A stretch of DNA of 64,000 nt from Candidatus Latescibacterota bacterium (GCA_965208105.1 OZ242318.1:416001-480000); one strand, 5' to 3'; shown: positions 50,214 to 59,357, counted from the stretch's first letter. Numbers and translations: made by a program. Notes: generated from the sequence alone by a model not told the origin.

Positions 50214-50952
50214 CTCCAGACCTCTCCGCAGCTGCGACTGCAGCTCCAATGATACCGGCGTCATTGCGCATCCTGGCAGCAACTACCTCCATACTCACAT
50301 CGAGCAAAGGGATAAATTTATGGTGCTTTTTGCTTACTCCCCCTCCGACAATGACGAGGTCGGGACACAGATACAGTTCCAGGTGGGCAAGGTACTCGCT
50401 CACATTGCGGGCCCATTTCTTCCAGCTGATTTTCTTGTGCTCGCGAACGTTGGCCGCTGCCCTCTTCTCCGCGTCCTTGCCCCGAATCTCGACATGGCCG
50501 AATTCCGTATTGGGCACCAACCTTCCATCTACGAAGAGAGCCGTGCCGATGCCCGTGCCCAAGGTGATGACCAGGACGGTTCCGCTCCGGTCCCGGCCGG
50601 CGCCAAAACGCATTTCGGCCAATCCGGCAAGGTCGGCATCGTTCGCCACGGTGAAGGAGCAACCAGTGAAATCTGAAAATGTGGCCTCTGCATGAATCCC
50701 TATCCATTTTTTCGAGAGATGGTAGGCAAATCGCACCTTGCCGTTTTGAATGACCGCAGGCAGGCCGCACCCAACCGGACCTTCCCAATCAAAGTGCGAA
50801 ATAATCCTGGAAATGGTCTTGCACATTGCCTCGGGGGTTGCCGGTTTCGGAGTAAGCAGGCGGAACCGATCGGTTGTCAACTCCCCTCTCTCGGTGTCAA
50901 TCAGGCCCCCTTTCATGCCCGTGCCGCCGATATCGATCCCAAGGTATTCCAC
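50206..50952 (-). CDS. ppgK: Polyphosphate glucokinase (ROK family)
   Basis: GIDIGGTGMKG, TPKPATP, NDADLAGLAE, TLGTGIG, PNTEFGH, GGGVSK. Confidence 0.88.
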   Translation of the reverse strand: MEYLGIDIGGTGMKGGLIDTERGELTTDRFRLLTPKPATPEAMCKTISRIISHFDWEGPVGCGLPAVIQNGKVRFAYHLSKKWIGIHAEATFSDFTGCSFTVANDADLAGLAEMRFGAGRDRSGTVLVITLGTGIGTALFVDGRLVPNTEFGHVEIRGKDAEKRAAANVREHKKISWKKWARNVSEYLAHLELYLCPDLVIVGGGVSKKHHKFIPLLDVSMEVVAARMRNDAGIIGAAVAAAERSGDD

Positions 50953-50990
50953 TGTTCACCCCGCGCTTGCCCGATTCGAAACCATCTTGA

Positions 50991-52499
50991 CTACTGCAGA
51001 TACAAGGCAAAGAGTCTGCCGTCTTCGACGCGGATCCCCTCCCAGCGAACCAGCAGCCGAACCGGATGTCCAAAGTGCTCCAGCGAGCTCCGTTCTCCCC
51101 AGCGCACCAGTTGCCTCAGACCCGATTCGGCGACAATCCCGCAGTCCTTGCCCGAAAATCCTGGAATGGGTCGGAATTGCAGATCGAGCAGCTCGACGCG
51201 CAACTGGCTGTATTCCCCGAGACGGTCGGCGTTGACGAAAACCTGGCGGCCCTCCCGCTCCAGATCGATGGGACAGGAGATACAGTGCGGCATGTAGGCT
51301 CCCGCCTGCGAGCCGTAGTTGCGCGGGCAGGGAGAAAACCAGCCGAGACGGTCGCGCACCCAGGTGGCCACCCAGACACCTGTTTGGGACCAGGGGTTGT
51401 CCAAGGTCCAATCCGAGGCCTCCTGGCGCCAAATACTGAACCAGATCACCGTGCGGTCGCCGATGTTCGCCCAAGAGTTGTGCATCAGACGCGGGGAGGC
51501 AAACCCTCCTGTGGGCGTCCTGATCTCGTAGGAGTGGACCATTTTGAAATCGGGGACCGGTTCCACGAAATGCAGCCCATTGTGGCTGATGGCAAACCCA
51601 AGGTCAACGACCACGTCCCGGCGGTCATTGGTGGGACCGTGCCACTGGCCGTAGAGGCCGAGCAGCACATTGCCGCGGTTCCATGGCACCATTCCCTCAT
51701 GAATTTGTTCGCCCGAATGGCACTCGAAGGATTCGGGAGGCCGTGGCGGAATGGGGTCACGGCGAAAGCTCATGGCTGCGGCCTGGGTCCAGTTGACCAG
51801 GTCGTAGGATGCGAAGGTGATTACGGTGCGCTTGGAGGCATTGGCGACGGGATGAGGGACTGACCGGGTCCAGGCCGATGGACCATTTTGCCCGTTGACG
51901 AAGTAGCAGCCTCCCCACTTGAAGATGGAGGCGATCTCCATGTTGATATCACCGAACAATTTGCGGTCTTCGCCGCTGGGAGTCCAATGCAGGCCGTCAG
52001 CGCTGAAGGAAGTGTTTTCGCCGTTGGAAGAAATTGATTTGAACGGCCATTCGGCGTCCTCCGGCTCATAGAGCATCCATTCACCGCAGGGGCCTTCAAC
52101 GAGATTGTTATCTTTGCTGCCGTGAACCTCCACAAGCCCCAGATTGGGCTTCTCCCACTGAAAGCCATCCTTTGACACGGCGTAGAGACCGGTGCGCCGC
52201 CGGCGATTGTCGTCGGCGCCAAGATACCACATGCGGTATTCGCCGTCCACGAAGAATACGTTCGGGCTGAGAACCTCGGTCGAATCCGGTGAGCCGGGAG
52301 GGCCATGGGTCACCACAGGCCCTTCGGGATGGCGTTCGTCCACGTCAATGTTGTTGCCGTAGTCCATCTCGGCTTTGTTGGTGCGTCCCGATTGAAGGCT
52401 CAGATTCAAATCGCGAACGAAAGGCATCGTACAGTGGTCGAAGGGGAACAGCACCGCCTCTTCAACGGAATCAACCGGACTGGAATTCTGAACTCGCAC
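50991..52499 (-). CDS. Hypothetical beta-propeller glycoside-hydrolase-like protein
   Basis: YRMWY and Asp-box-like repeats SKDGFQW, SADGLHW, SYDLVNW, SHNGLHF; C-terminal beta-sandwich-like region. Confidence 0.65.
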   Translation of the reverse strand: MRVQNSSPVDSVEEAVLFPFDHCTMPFVRDLNLSLQSGRTNKAEMDYGNNIDVDERHPEGPVVTHGPPGSPDSTEVLSPNVFFVDGEYRMWYLGADDNRRRRTGLYAVSKDGFQWEKPNLGLVEVHGSKDNNLVEGPCGEWMLYEPEDAEWPFKSISSNGENTSFSADGLHWTPSGEDRKLFGDINMEIASIFKWGGCYFVNGQNGPSAWTRSVPHPVANASKRTVITFASYDLVNWTQAAAMSFRRDPIPPRPPESFECHSGEQIHEGMVPWNRGNVLLGLYGQWHGPTNDRRDVVVDLGFAISHNGLHFVEPVPDFKMVHSYEIRTPTGGFASPRLMHNSWANIGDRTVIWFSIWRQEASDWTLDNPWSQTGVWVATWVRDRLGWFSPCPRNYGSQAGAYMPHCISCPIDLEREGRQVFVNADRLGEYSQLRVELLDLQFRPIPGFSGKDCGIVAESGLRQLVRWGERSSLEHFGHPVRLLVRWEGIRVEDGRLFALYLQ

Positions 52500-52520
52500 G
52501 GGTAAAACTCCCCTTTTTCC

Positions 52521-52686
52521 TAGTGTCCCTTCGCAGAGATAAGTTGACGAAATTGGACCGCCGAGGCGCCAGGCTCACATGGCGCCTGAGCGAGTCGTAC
52601 CGGTGGTGTACGGCGAGAGAAGGCAACGCCGCGGGCCCGGATGGATCGGCGGGAAAATGGCGGCATATTTCTGCGATGGGACCCTA
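52521..52686. mobile_element. MITE-like non-autonomous element (166 nt)
   Basis: 21-nt terminal inverted repeats with 18/21 match, TA at both ends, internal hairpins, no credible coding capacity. Confidence 0.65.
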
Positions 52687-52979
52687 TATTCACATTCACA
52701 AATGGACCCTGGACAGCTTGACTCAATAAAATTTCTTTTCCTAATTTCAGTCAGTCCAACCCAAGATAGCCCTTCCGATTTTCAAAGACAAGGACTTTCT
52801 GGGGGTAAATCTTCTCCATCGATGTGCAGCGAAATTAGGGCAGTACATCCCTGATTTTGGAGAGGAACACACCCGGTTGTATCTCCTCATCCCGATTGGG
52901 AAAAGCGGCGGGAACCACCTTGAAAGAACACCGGGATCGGGCAATGGCCGGACTCCCGGATCCCCGGAGGACCGCGGAG

Positions 52980-55766
52980 ATGGCATGGGCCGCCCCAAGT
53001 AATAGTGCCAGGAATGCCGGTGGTTTTCTTCGAAATATTCCGGGCATCGTTCTGGCGGTCGCGGTTTGGACGGTTCCCGGCCACTCTTCCTCAGGGTCCG
53101 AAGACCGCCTGATCCTGGATGAGACAATCCCCCCGAAGCTGTTGCTCAAACGCGAGGGTCCGCGCTACCGCAACTACGCCCATCAACCATTCACCAACTA
53201 TGCGAACCACACTTTTCCCTACGAGGATGCGCCCCGGACCTACTATGGACCATTGGGGAACAAACTCATCACCGGGTACGATTTTTACACCTGGGTGGAA
53301 CGGCGCATGCCCGGTCTCCGCTGCGACGGACGGACGGGCGAGCAATGCGGCAGTCTCCTGGAGATCGACGGTGGGGGGAGCGGCGCCATGGTCGTCGGCC
53401 GCGACGGCTACGGAAGCTGGGGCTATACCTTCGTCGTCGGGACCACCAGCCGCAACCGGTTTACCCCTCTTACCGTTTCCCGTTCCGGACCTGACGGCAC
53501 GCGGCTGGACATCTCCACTCCCCATCTGAAAACCTCCACCCTTTTCTCCCGGCAATGGCAACACCGGGGCAAGGGGCAATTCATGCTGCTGAATCGCGCC
53601 CAGATCGAACTGGGAGCCATTGCCCTGGGGTTGAATTGGTGCAACTGGCACCACTACGATTCCGTCGAGCTGGCCAACAGCGCCAAAGGCCGTCTGGTCA
53701 CCGACGATCACGGATTTGTCCAGCATCGCTGGTCCTATTCGGAATTGGGCCAGGTCAGTTGGATTTTACTCAGATTCTCCGATGATTCACCCGACGACGG
53801 CATGGGCGGGCCAATCGTCCATGGCGTCCAGATCATTGTCAACGGCCGATACCGGCCCGATTTGCAACCGGCCGTGGTCAGCCACAGGATCGGCGAATCC
53901 ACGTCAGTGGGCAGGATTTCGCAGGCAGACGGCAGCTTTCGACCGGTATCCTATGCTAGGGCCAGAAATGCCTCCCATTTTGCAGATTATTTCTACCGCA
54001 TCGATCACGAGCGCGGAATTGATGTAAGCGCGAACGCGAATACTGAAGGGCTTGTGCAGAAATTCGTCCTGGAATTCCCGGATCAGGTGCTGCGCGCGGG
54101 ACGTGACGAAGGGCTGGTTTATCTTTTTGACCTATCTCACGAGCCGGACGTCCTCTCGGTGGAGGTGGAAACTCTGGTCGCCAATGACTACCGCATCGAA
54201 GAAGCGGTGGTCTACGAAGTGAATCCACGGGCTCGGGACTACGTGGGACGATACAGCGCGGATTCGTTCGAGACCCTGGTGCGCGCCCACGGAAACATCC
54301 GGGACGGTTCCAACCTGAGGAAGATCCGCTTCCAGGTCGGAGGGATGTGGACAGGCCAGTTCGTCTACGGCGCGGACTTCAACCTGGCCTTGAAGGGAGT
54401 CGAAATAAACGCCGAGTACGCCAGGACCAGCATCTACCGCCGCTATCCCGCGGTGATCGATGGCGAGCCCGCATTCAACAGTGGCCCGCGGATCAGGGGT
54501 GGAGATTCAGCCTATTTCATCAACGCCACGCGCTGGTTCGGGCTGGGCCGCCTGGGGGCTGAATATTTCGCCATGAACCCGGACTTCGTCAACGACACCA
54601 TTGACGACAACGACGACGGCGACATCCTGCCGGACATGTTCGAAAGGCCCTGGAACGGTGTCTACGTGCGGCAAGACGAGAACAATGACGGACTGCCGGA
54701 TATCAATCGGGATGGAGACGATCTGCCCGACTACGTGGAGCCCTTCCTTATGTACGACGTGGAACCGAACGAGTTCGAATACGGCCTGGACCGCAACAAC
54801 AACGACGAGCCTGACTTTCGGGAGGACGACCTGGAGCGGGACTACCCTTACGACCCCGACCAGCGCGGCTACCACCTGTTCGGCCAGCTGGATCTGAGTC
54901 GCCACCTGTCCCTGGCAGCCGGCCATTACGCCGGGGCGCAGATCGCCGGCGAAGGCCGCAACGAAACGAGCTACACTCTTCTGACATACAGGCGCGAAGG
55001 GACCAGGGGATTGCGGCGTCTATTCTTTGAGAACGGCCTGCGCCGGGTGCGGGACGACATCAAGGATGACTACATGGTCTTCGCGGAGGACCGGCTGTTC
55101 AAGGGGCTGCGGCCGCGGCATACGGTTTATACTTTCCTGAGCACTCTGCGCGAGGACCCGCTTGCCTACATGGACAGCCATGTAAACGAAACCGTCCTGG
55201 AAGTCTGGCTGCGGCCGTGGTCTACCCTGAATGTCGTGCAGAAGTTGCGGCTTCGGCTGAACTGGCAGCAGGGGAAATCCCCGCACCGGGATCGCCGCGG
55301 CCGCAAGGGAGTGCAGGACTACCGCACCTCCGTGAGCCGGGTGGATCTCACCTGGCACTGGAGAAGACTGAAGCTGCATCCGAAGTTCAAGTTCATGGTT
55401 CTGCGCTCGGCCGACCGCAAGCGCAATCAGACCACGCGCTACGAACTCGACGCCATTCCCATACTGCAAGTAGACTATGAGGTGCTTCGCCGGACAGTCT
55501 TGAGAGTGGGAATCCAGGGATGGGGTCCCCTCCCCTATCGATTCGAGGACAGGACACGGGAGCTCGCAAGCTTCGAGAGGCGCACCACTCTCGCCTCCAT
55601 AACCACGAATTCTCCCTATCGAGGTTACAGGCTCTACACGATCATCGGCTTTCAAAAGGACGCGTTGAATTTCGATGCGGACTTCAGAAAGCCCCAGGAT
55701 GACGACTACTGGTCGTTTTTCGTGCGGGCGCTGGTGGGATTTGAAGGGTATGGAAACCCGATATGA
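52980..55766 (+). CDS. Large secreted hypothetical protein with acidic Ca2+-binding-like repeats; putative outer-membrane beta protein
   Basis: Uninterrupted ORF of about 928 aa; GGAGG 9 nt before ATG 52980; signal-like IVLAVAVW; DxxxDxxPD repeats; amphipathic beta-strands. Confidence 0.8.
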   Translation: MAWAAPSNSARNAGGFLRNIPGIVLAVAVWTVPGHSSSGSEDRLILDETIPPKLLLKREGPRYRNYAHQPFTNYANHTFPYEDAPRTYYGPLGNKLITGYDFYTWVERRMPGLRCDGRTGEQCGSLLEIDGGGSGAMVVGRDGYGSWGYTFVVGTTSRNRFTPLTVSRSGPDGTRLDISTPHLKTSTLFSRQWQHRGKGQFMLLNRAQIELGAIALGLNWCNWHHYDSVELANSAKGRLVTDDHGFVQHRWSYSELGQVSWILLRFSDDSPDDGMGGPIVHGVQIIVNGRYRPDLQPAVVSHRIGESTSVGRISQADGSFRPVSYARARNASHFADYFYRIDHERGIDVSANANTEGLVQKFVLEFPDQVLRAGRDEGLVYLFDLSHEPDVLSVEVETLVANDYRIEEAVVYEVNPRARDYVGRYSADSFETLVRAHGNIRDGSNLRKIRFQVGGMWTGQFVYGADFNLALKGVEINAEYARTSIYRRYPAVIDGEPAFNSGPRIRGGDSAYFINATRWFGLGRLGAEYFAMNPDFVNDTIDDNDDGDILPDMFERPWNGVYVRQDENNDGLPDINRDGDDLPDYVEPFLMYDVEPNEFEYGLDRNNNDEPDFREDDLERDYPYDPDQRGYHLFGQLDLSRHLSLAAGHYAGAQIAGEGRNETSYTLLTYRREGTRGLRRLFFENGLRRVRDDIKDDYMVFAEDRLFKGLRPRHTVYTFLSTLREDPLAYMDSHVNETVLEVWLRPWSTLNVVQKLRLRLNWQQGKSPHRDRRGRKGVQDYRTSVSRVDLTWHWRRLKLHPKFKFMVLRSADRKRNQTTRYELDAIPILQVDYEVLRRTVLRVGIQGWGPLPYRFEDRTRELASFERRTTLASITTNSPYRGYRLYTIIGFQKDALNFDADFRKPQDDDYWSFFVRALVGFEGYGNPI

Positions 55767-55785
55767 GGATCCGGGATTTATTTTC

Positions 55786-55861
55786 TGGTGAGCCCGGTGG
55801 GAATCGAACCCACGACCAACGGATTAAAAGTCCGCTGCTCTACCAGCTGAGCTACGGGCTC
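55786..55861 (-). tRNA. tRNA-Lys (TTT)
   Basis: GAGCCCGTAGCTCAGCTGGTAGAGC, anticodon loop CTTTTAA, GTTCGATT, encoded CCA. Confidence 0.97.
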
Positions 55862-56027
55862 CGACTCTAGCAGCCGTTGAAAAGGTCCATCCGGGCCGCC
55901 AGGCTCGTTACCGGCAGGAATAGAAGGTAGCCTCCCGACTGCTTGCGGTCAATCTGGCGCAGGCTCCCAGGTCCTGGCCGCGCTGCCCCTCCGCTCTCAA
56001 TTCTTCGGGCGCGGCGGAGGAACCGGC

Positions 56028-57011
56028 TCACCCTCCCAACGCAACCGTCCTTCCTTCCCGTGCGGAGGCGTATACAGCTTCGAGCAGCTCCACCGTCCTC
56101 CGTCCCTCGTGCCCGTCGACTCTCAGCCGGGTTCCATTCTCCAGCGCGGAGACCATGTCCTCGACGACATTTTGCCTGGTATTTTCTATCCCTTCGAGGC
56201 GGTCGGCCAATCCTTGCCCGAATACCCGGATTCTACCCGTGAGTGCGTCCTCCACTATTACCCCCGCCTCGGTGCCGTGTACCTCGGCGCTGAAGTAGGC
56301 ACTTGCGGGAAAACTGGTTGTGCCCACCATCGTTCCCTTTGCCCCGCTCGCAAAGTTGAGGATCGCCAGACCCATGTCCTCTGTCTCGATATCGTGGTTC
56401 ACGATTGCGGTCTCTGCATAGACCCGCACCGGCTCCCCCATGAACCAGAGCAGCAAATCGACAAGGTGGGAGCCCTGATTGGCCAGGGAACCTCCTCCAT
56501 CCATTGCCCAGGTGCCCCGCCAGCCACCGCCATGCTCGAAGTACTCCTGGGATCGAAACCACTTGAAGCGGATTTCTCCCAATAGCGGTCTCCCCAACCA
56601 ACCCCGGCGCAGGGCTTCGGCGATGCGGTAATTGTTGTCCACGTAGCGACTCTGGTAATCGACACCAAGCAGGATTCCGGCATCCGCCGCGGCGTCGATG
56701 AGCAGGTCACAGGATGCGGTGGATACGTCCATGGGTTTGGTGGTGATCACATGCTTCCTAGCCCGGGCCGCCCTCACCCCGATTTCAGCGTGCAGTCCAC
56801 TGGGGGTCATCACCAGGACGACCTCCACATCCTTCCGCGACAGGGCATCGTCCAGTCGGCAGCTCCAATCACACCCCATCTCCTCACCCACTCCCCTGGC
56901 CAGTTCCTCATTGATGTCCACCACCATCTTCAACTCGGCTCCGGTAGTATCCTTCACCTGGCGAGCGCGATTGCGCCCCATTCCCAAACCCACTACCGCA
57001 AATCCTGCCAT
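56028..57011 (-). CDS. Gfo/Idh/MocA family oxidoreductase
   Basis: FAVVGLG, TPSGLHAE, HVITTKP, WRGTWAMDGGGSLANQGSH. Confidence 0.9.
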   Translation of the reverse strand: MAGFAVVGLGMGRNRARQVKDTTGAELKMVVDINEELARGVGEEMGCDWSCRLDDALSRKDVEVVLVMTPSGLHAEIGVRAARARKHVITTKPMDVSTASCDLLIDAAADAGILLGVDYQSRYVDNNYRIAEALRRGWLGRPLLGEIRFKWFRSQEYFEHGGGWRGTWAMDGGGSLANQGSHLVDLLLWFMGEPVRVYAETAIVNHDIETEDMGLAILNFASGAKGTMVGTTSFPASAYFSAEVHGTEAGVIVEDALTGRIRVFGQGLADRLEGIENTRQNVVEDMVSALENGTRLRVDGHEGRRTVELLEAVYASAREGRTVALGG

Positions 57012-57025
57012 GTGCCTGCTCCTGC

Positions 57026-57210
57026 TTATTTTTCTCGGAGGAACTGTTCTATGAACCCCTTGCTGCTCAAGAGACCCTCCCGCTGCAACTCGGGCGTGGC
57101 CCGGGAATGGTGATCCTTCAATTCCACGCTCAGCGCACCATCGTAGCCCACATCCGCCAGGCGACGGATGACCAAATTCCAGTCTACCTCTCCCTCAGCG
57201 GAAATACAGA
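57026..57210 (-). pseudogene. C-terminal remnant of a sugar phosphate isomerase/epimerase
   Basis: GEVDWNLVIRRLADVGYDGALSVEL resembles GDVDMEAFLRKLKEVGYEGPLTIE of the intact paralog at 28800; there is no room for the N-terminal part. Confidence 0.7.
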
Positions 57211-57257
57211 AGGAGCAGGCTCTCCGGTGTGCATCCCTGTCCGGGACCCTCGGCGGG

Positions 57258-58028
57258 TCAAATCTGCGACTTTGACTGGCCGCCATCCACATTGATGCAG
57301 GCTCCGGTAACCCAGCTGGCTCGATCAGAGGCGAGAAAGACCACGACATCGGCCACCTCTTCGGGTGTGCCGAAACGACCCGAGGGGATATTGCCCTCCA
57401 CGAAGGTCTGGATCCCTGCCGGATCGGCCTGTTGCCGGCGCTCCCAACTGCCACCGGGAAAGAGGATGGATCCGGGAGCCACGGTATTGACCCGGATATT
57501 TTTCGGCGCAGCCTCCTGGGCGAGGTTGGAAGTCATGCTGATCATTGCTGCTTTGGCTGCGTTGTAGGAGAGAGGCCCCCCGGTTTCGCGCCCGTAGATC
57601 GAGGAAATATTGACCACGCTGCCCCTTCCTTTTTCCTCCATTATCCGAAGGGCGGCGCGGGTGACCCGAACGGCAGAGAAGAAGCTGAGATCGAATACAT
57701 GATTCCACTCCTCGTCGCTGATCTGGGAGAAGGGGGTCCAGACGGAGCCCCCAACGTTATTGACCAGTATGTCAATTCCGCCCAGGCGGTCGACCGTGGC
57801 GCTCACCACCTTTTCGGCACCTTCCGCCTGGGTCACATCCGCCGCCACGGCCTCTACATCCCCTCCCAGGGACCCTACTTCCGCCATGGCGGTATTGAGT
57901 CCATCTTCATTGCGTGCGTTCAGGCACAGCCTGGCACCTTCCTCGGCCAATGCAAGGGCAATGCGATTGCCGATGCCGCGACTCGCACCGGTGACCAGGG
58001 CTACCTTACCTGCAAGTCCGAGATCCAT
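57258..58028 (-). CDS. Short-chain dehydrogenase/reductase
   Basis: TGASRGIG, DILVNN, YNAAK, VTGACINVDGG; start ATG 58028. Confidence 0.93.
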   Translation of the reverse strand: MDLGLAGKVALVTGASRGIGNRIALALAEEGARLCLNARNEDGLNTAMAEVGSLGGDVEAVAADVTQAEGAEKVVSATVDRLGGIDILVNNVGGSVWTPFSQISDEEWNHVFDLSFFSAVRVTRAALRIMEEKGRGSVVNISSIYGRETGGPLSYNAAKAAMISMTSNLAQEAAPKNIRVNTVAPGSILFPGGSWERRQQADPAGIQTFVEGNIPSGRFGTPEEVADVVVFLASDRASWVTGACINVDGGQSKSQI

Positions 58029-58056
58029 TGTCCATCCTTCCTTCGAAGTTTCGGTT

Positions 58057-59028
58057 TTAGGGGGGCTGCCCTGCTGGCAGGGCCCCCGGATTGTAGACGA
58101 AAAGCATAATGAGATACACGGCACACAACCCCAGAAGAACCAGGCCTTTCCACTTGTTGAGATTCCAACCCAGGCGCATCAGGGCGAGCATGGTCAGGAC
58201 AATCACCAGCATCGAGGGAAACATGAAATGAATCACCGGAGCACCTACCGTCAAAGGATTGGCAATAGCCGAAGCCCCGGCAATCCAGCAGATGTTGAGG
58301 ATGTCCGCACCCAGGATATTCCCGGCCGCCAGCGCCCCCTGGCCCTTGCGGGCTGATACGATGCACGTGGCAATCTCGGGAACCGAAGTCCCCAAGGCGA
58401 TCAGGGTCAGGGCGATAACCACATCGGGGACCCCGAAATGCCGGGCGACCACCGGAGCTGAATCGACTATCCATTCACTGCTGACCAGGACCCCCGCCAG
58501 TCCCACAAAGAACAGCAGGATGCGAACGCGGCCTTTGCCACCTGCCTCAGGGAGTACTTCTACCTCGCCTCGCCGCCTTTTCTGGTCCCAGTACAGAAAG
58601 TAGAGGTAGCCGACAAAACCCAAGACCAGGACCAACCCTTCACCCCTGTCCAAGGTACCGTCGAAGCACAAAGTATAGGCCAGGATGTCAATGGCGATGA
58701 GAAAGACCGCCGAAGAGCGCAGCACCCGCTTGTCGATAACTATAGCCGCAGGGGCCAGCAAGGCGGCCAGAGGGAGGGCAATGCCGTCATCGTAGATAAC
58801 CGACCCCACCGCGTTGCCCAGGGCGTACTCGGCACGGCCGGCCAGGGCTGCCTGAACCGAGACCGCCAGTTCGGGGGCGGTCGTGCCGATACTCACTATG
58901 ACGATACCGATCAGAATGGGGGGAGCATGCAGGCGCCTGGCGATTTCAAGCGCCCCCTCCACAAACCAGTCGGCGCATTTGGCCAGGATGGCAAAGGAAA
59001 CCACCATCAAGCCGAATGCCGACCACAA
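58057..59028 (-). CDS. Calcium/sodium antiporter (YrbG/CaCA family)
   Basis: Alpha repeats GTTAPEL...GNAVGS and GTSVPEI...GNILGA; start uncertain. Confidence 0.9.
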   Translation of the reverse strand: MWSAFGLMVVSFAILAKCADWFVEGALEIARRLHAPPILIGIVIVSIGTTAPELAVSVQAALAGRAEYALGNAVGSVIYDDGIALPLAALLAPAAIVIDKRVLRSSAVFLIAIDILAYTLCFDGTLDRGEGLVLVLGFVGYLYFLYWDQKRRRGEVEVLPEAGGKGRVRILLFFVGLAGVLVSSEWIVDSAPVVARHFGVPDVVIALTLIALGTSVPEIATCIVSARKGQGALAAGNILGADILNICWIAGASAIANPLTVGAPVIHFMFPSMLVIVLTMLALMRLGWNLNKWKGLVLLGLCAVYLIMLFVYNPGALPAGQPP

Positions 59029-59138
59029 GCCAAGTGACGCTGCTTCGCTTTCGATGGCAATGTCTCCTAACCATGGACCGGCGGCTGGATCCGGTTAAGG
59101 ACCGAGCAAGGCCGGTATTTTCCGGATCAAAACGCCCA

Positions 59139-59167
59139 ATGATATCGCATCATCCTCCCCCTGTCAA
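59139..59167 (-). promoter_or_regulatory. Sigma70-type promoter for the antiporter-SDR operon
   Basis: TTGACA-17nt-TATCAT. Confidence 0.6.
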
Positions 59168-59283
59168 GAAACAGGCAGGAAGCACGGCAAGGGAAGCATT
59201 TTTCCCGTTCCGATCACTTCCAGCCCCATCTCGACGGCCAGTATCTCCAATTATTCCTATCTTCATGGGGAGTCGCCATATAA

Positions 59284-59321
59284 TAGTAATAATTATTCTT
59301 GAAATAAAATAAATATTATAT
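59284..59321. promoter_or_regulatory. Possible tandem ARG boxes upstream of argG
   Basis: Two AAT-W4-ATT cores 20 nt apart in an AT-rich patch. Confidence 0.35.
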
Positions 59322-59357
59322 ATCTTTACTCTATCAACCTAGGTAAAGGAGGCGAAG

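Noticed and set aside
52700-52979. Riboswitch in the long leader of the large secreted gene
   Set aside because: No cobalamin, TPP, SAM, glycine or c-di-GMP consensus elements were recognisable; an Rfam scan would be needed.
54594-54860. GAC/AAC-rich repetitive DNA as a possible CRISPR or tandem repeat
   Set aside because: It reflects Asp/Asn-rich protein repeats; there are no identical spaced nucleotide repeats.
50991-55861. Genomic island integrated at the tRNA-Lys 3' end
   Set aside because: No integrase and no duplicated tRNA 3' segment (att site) could be found by eye.
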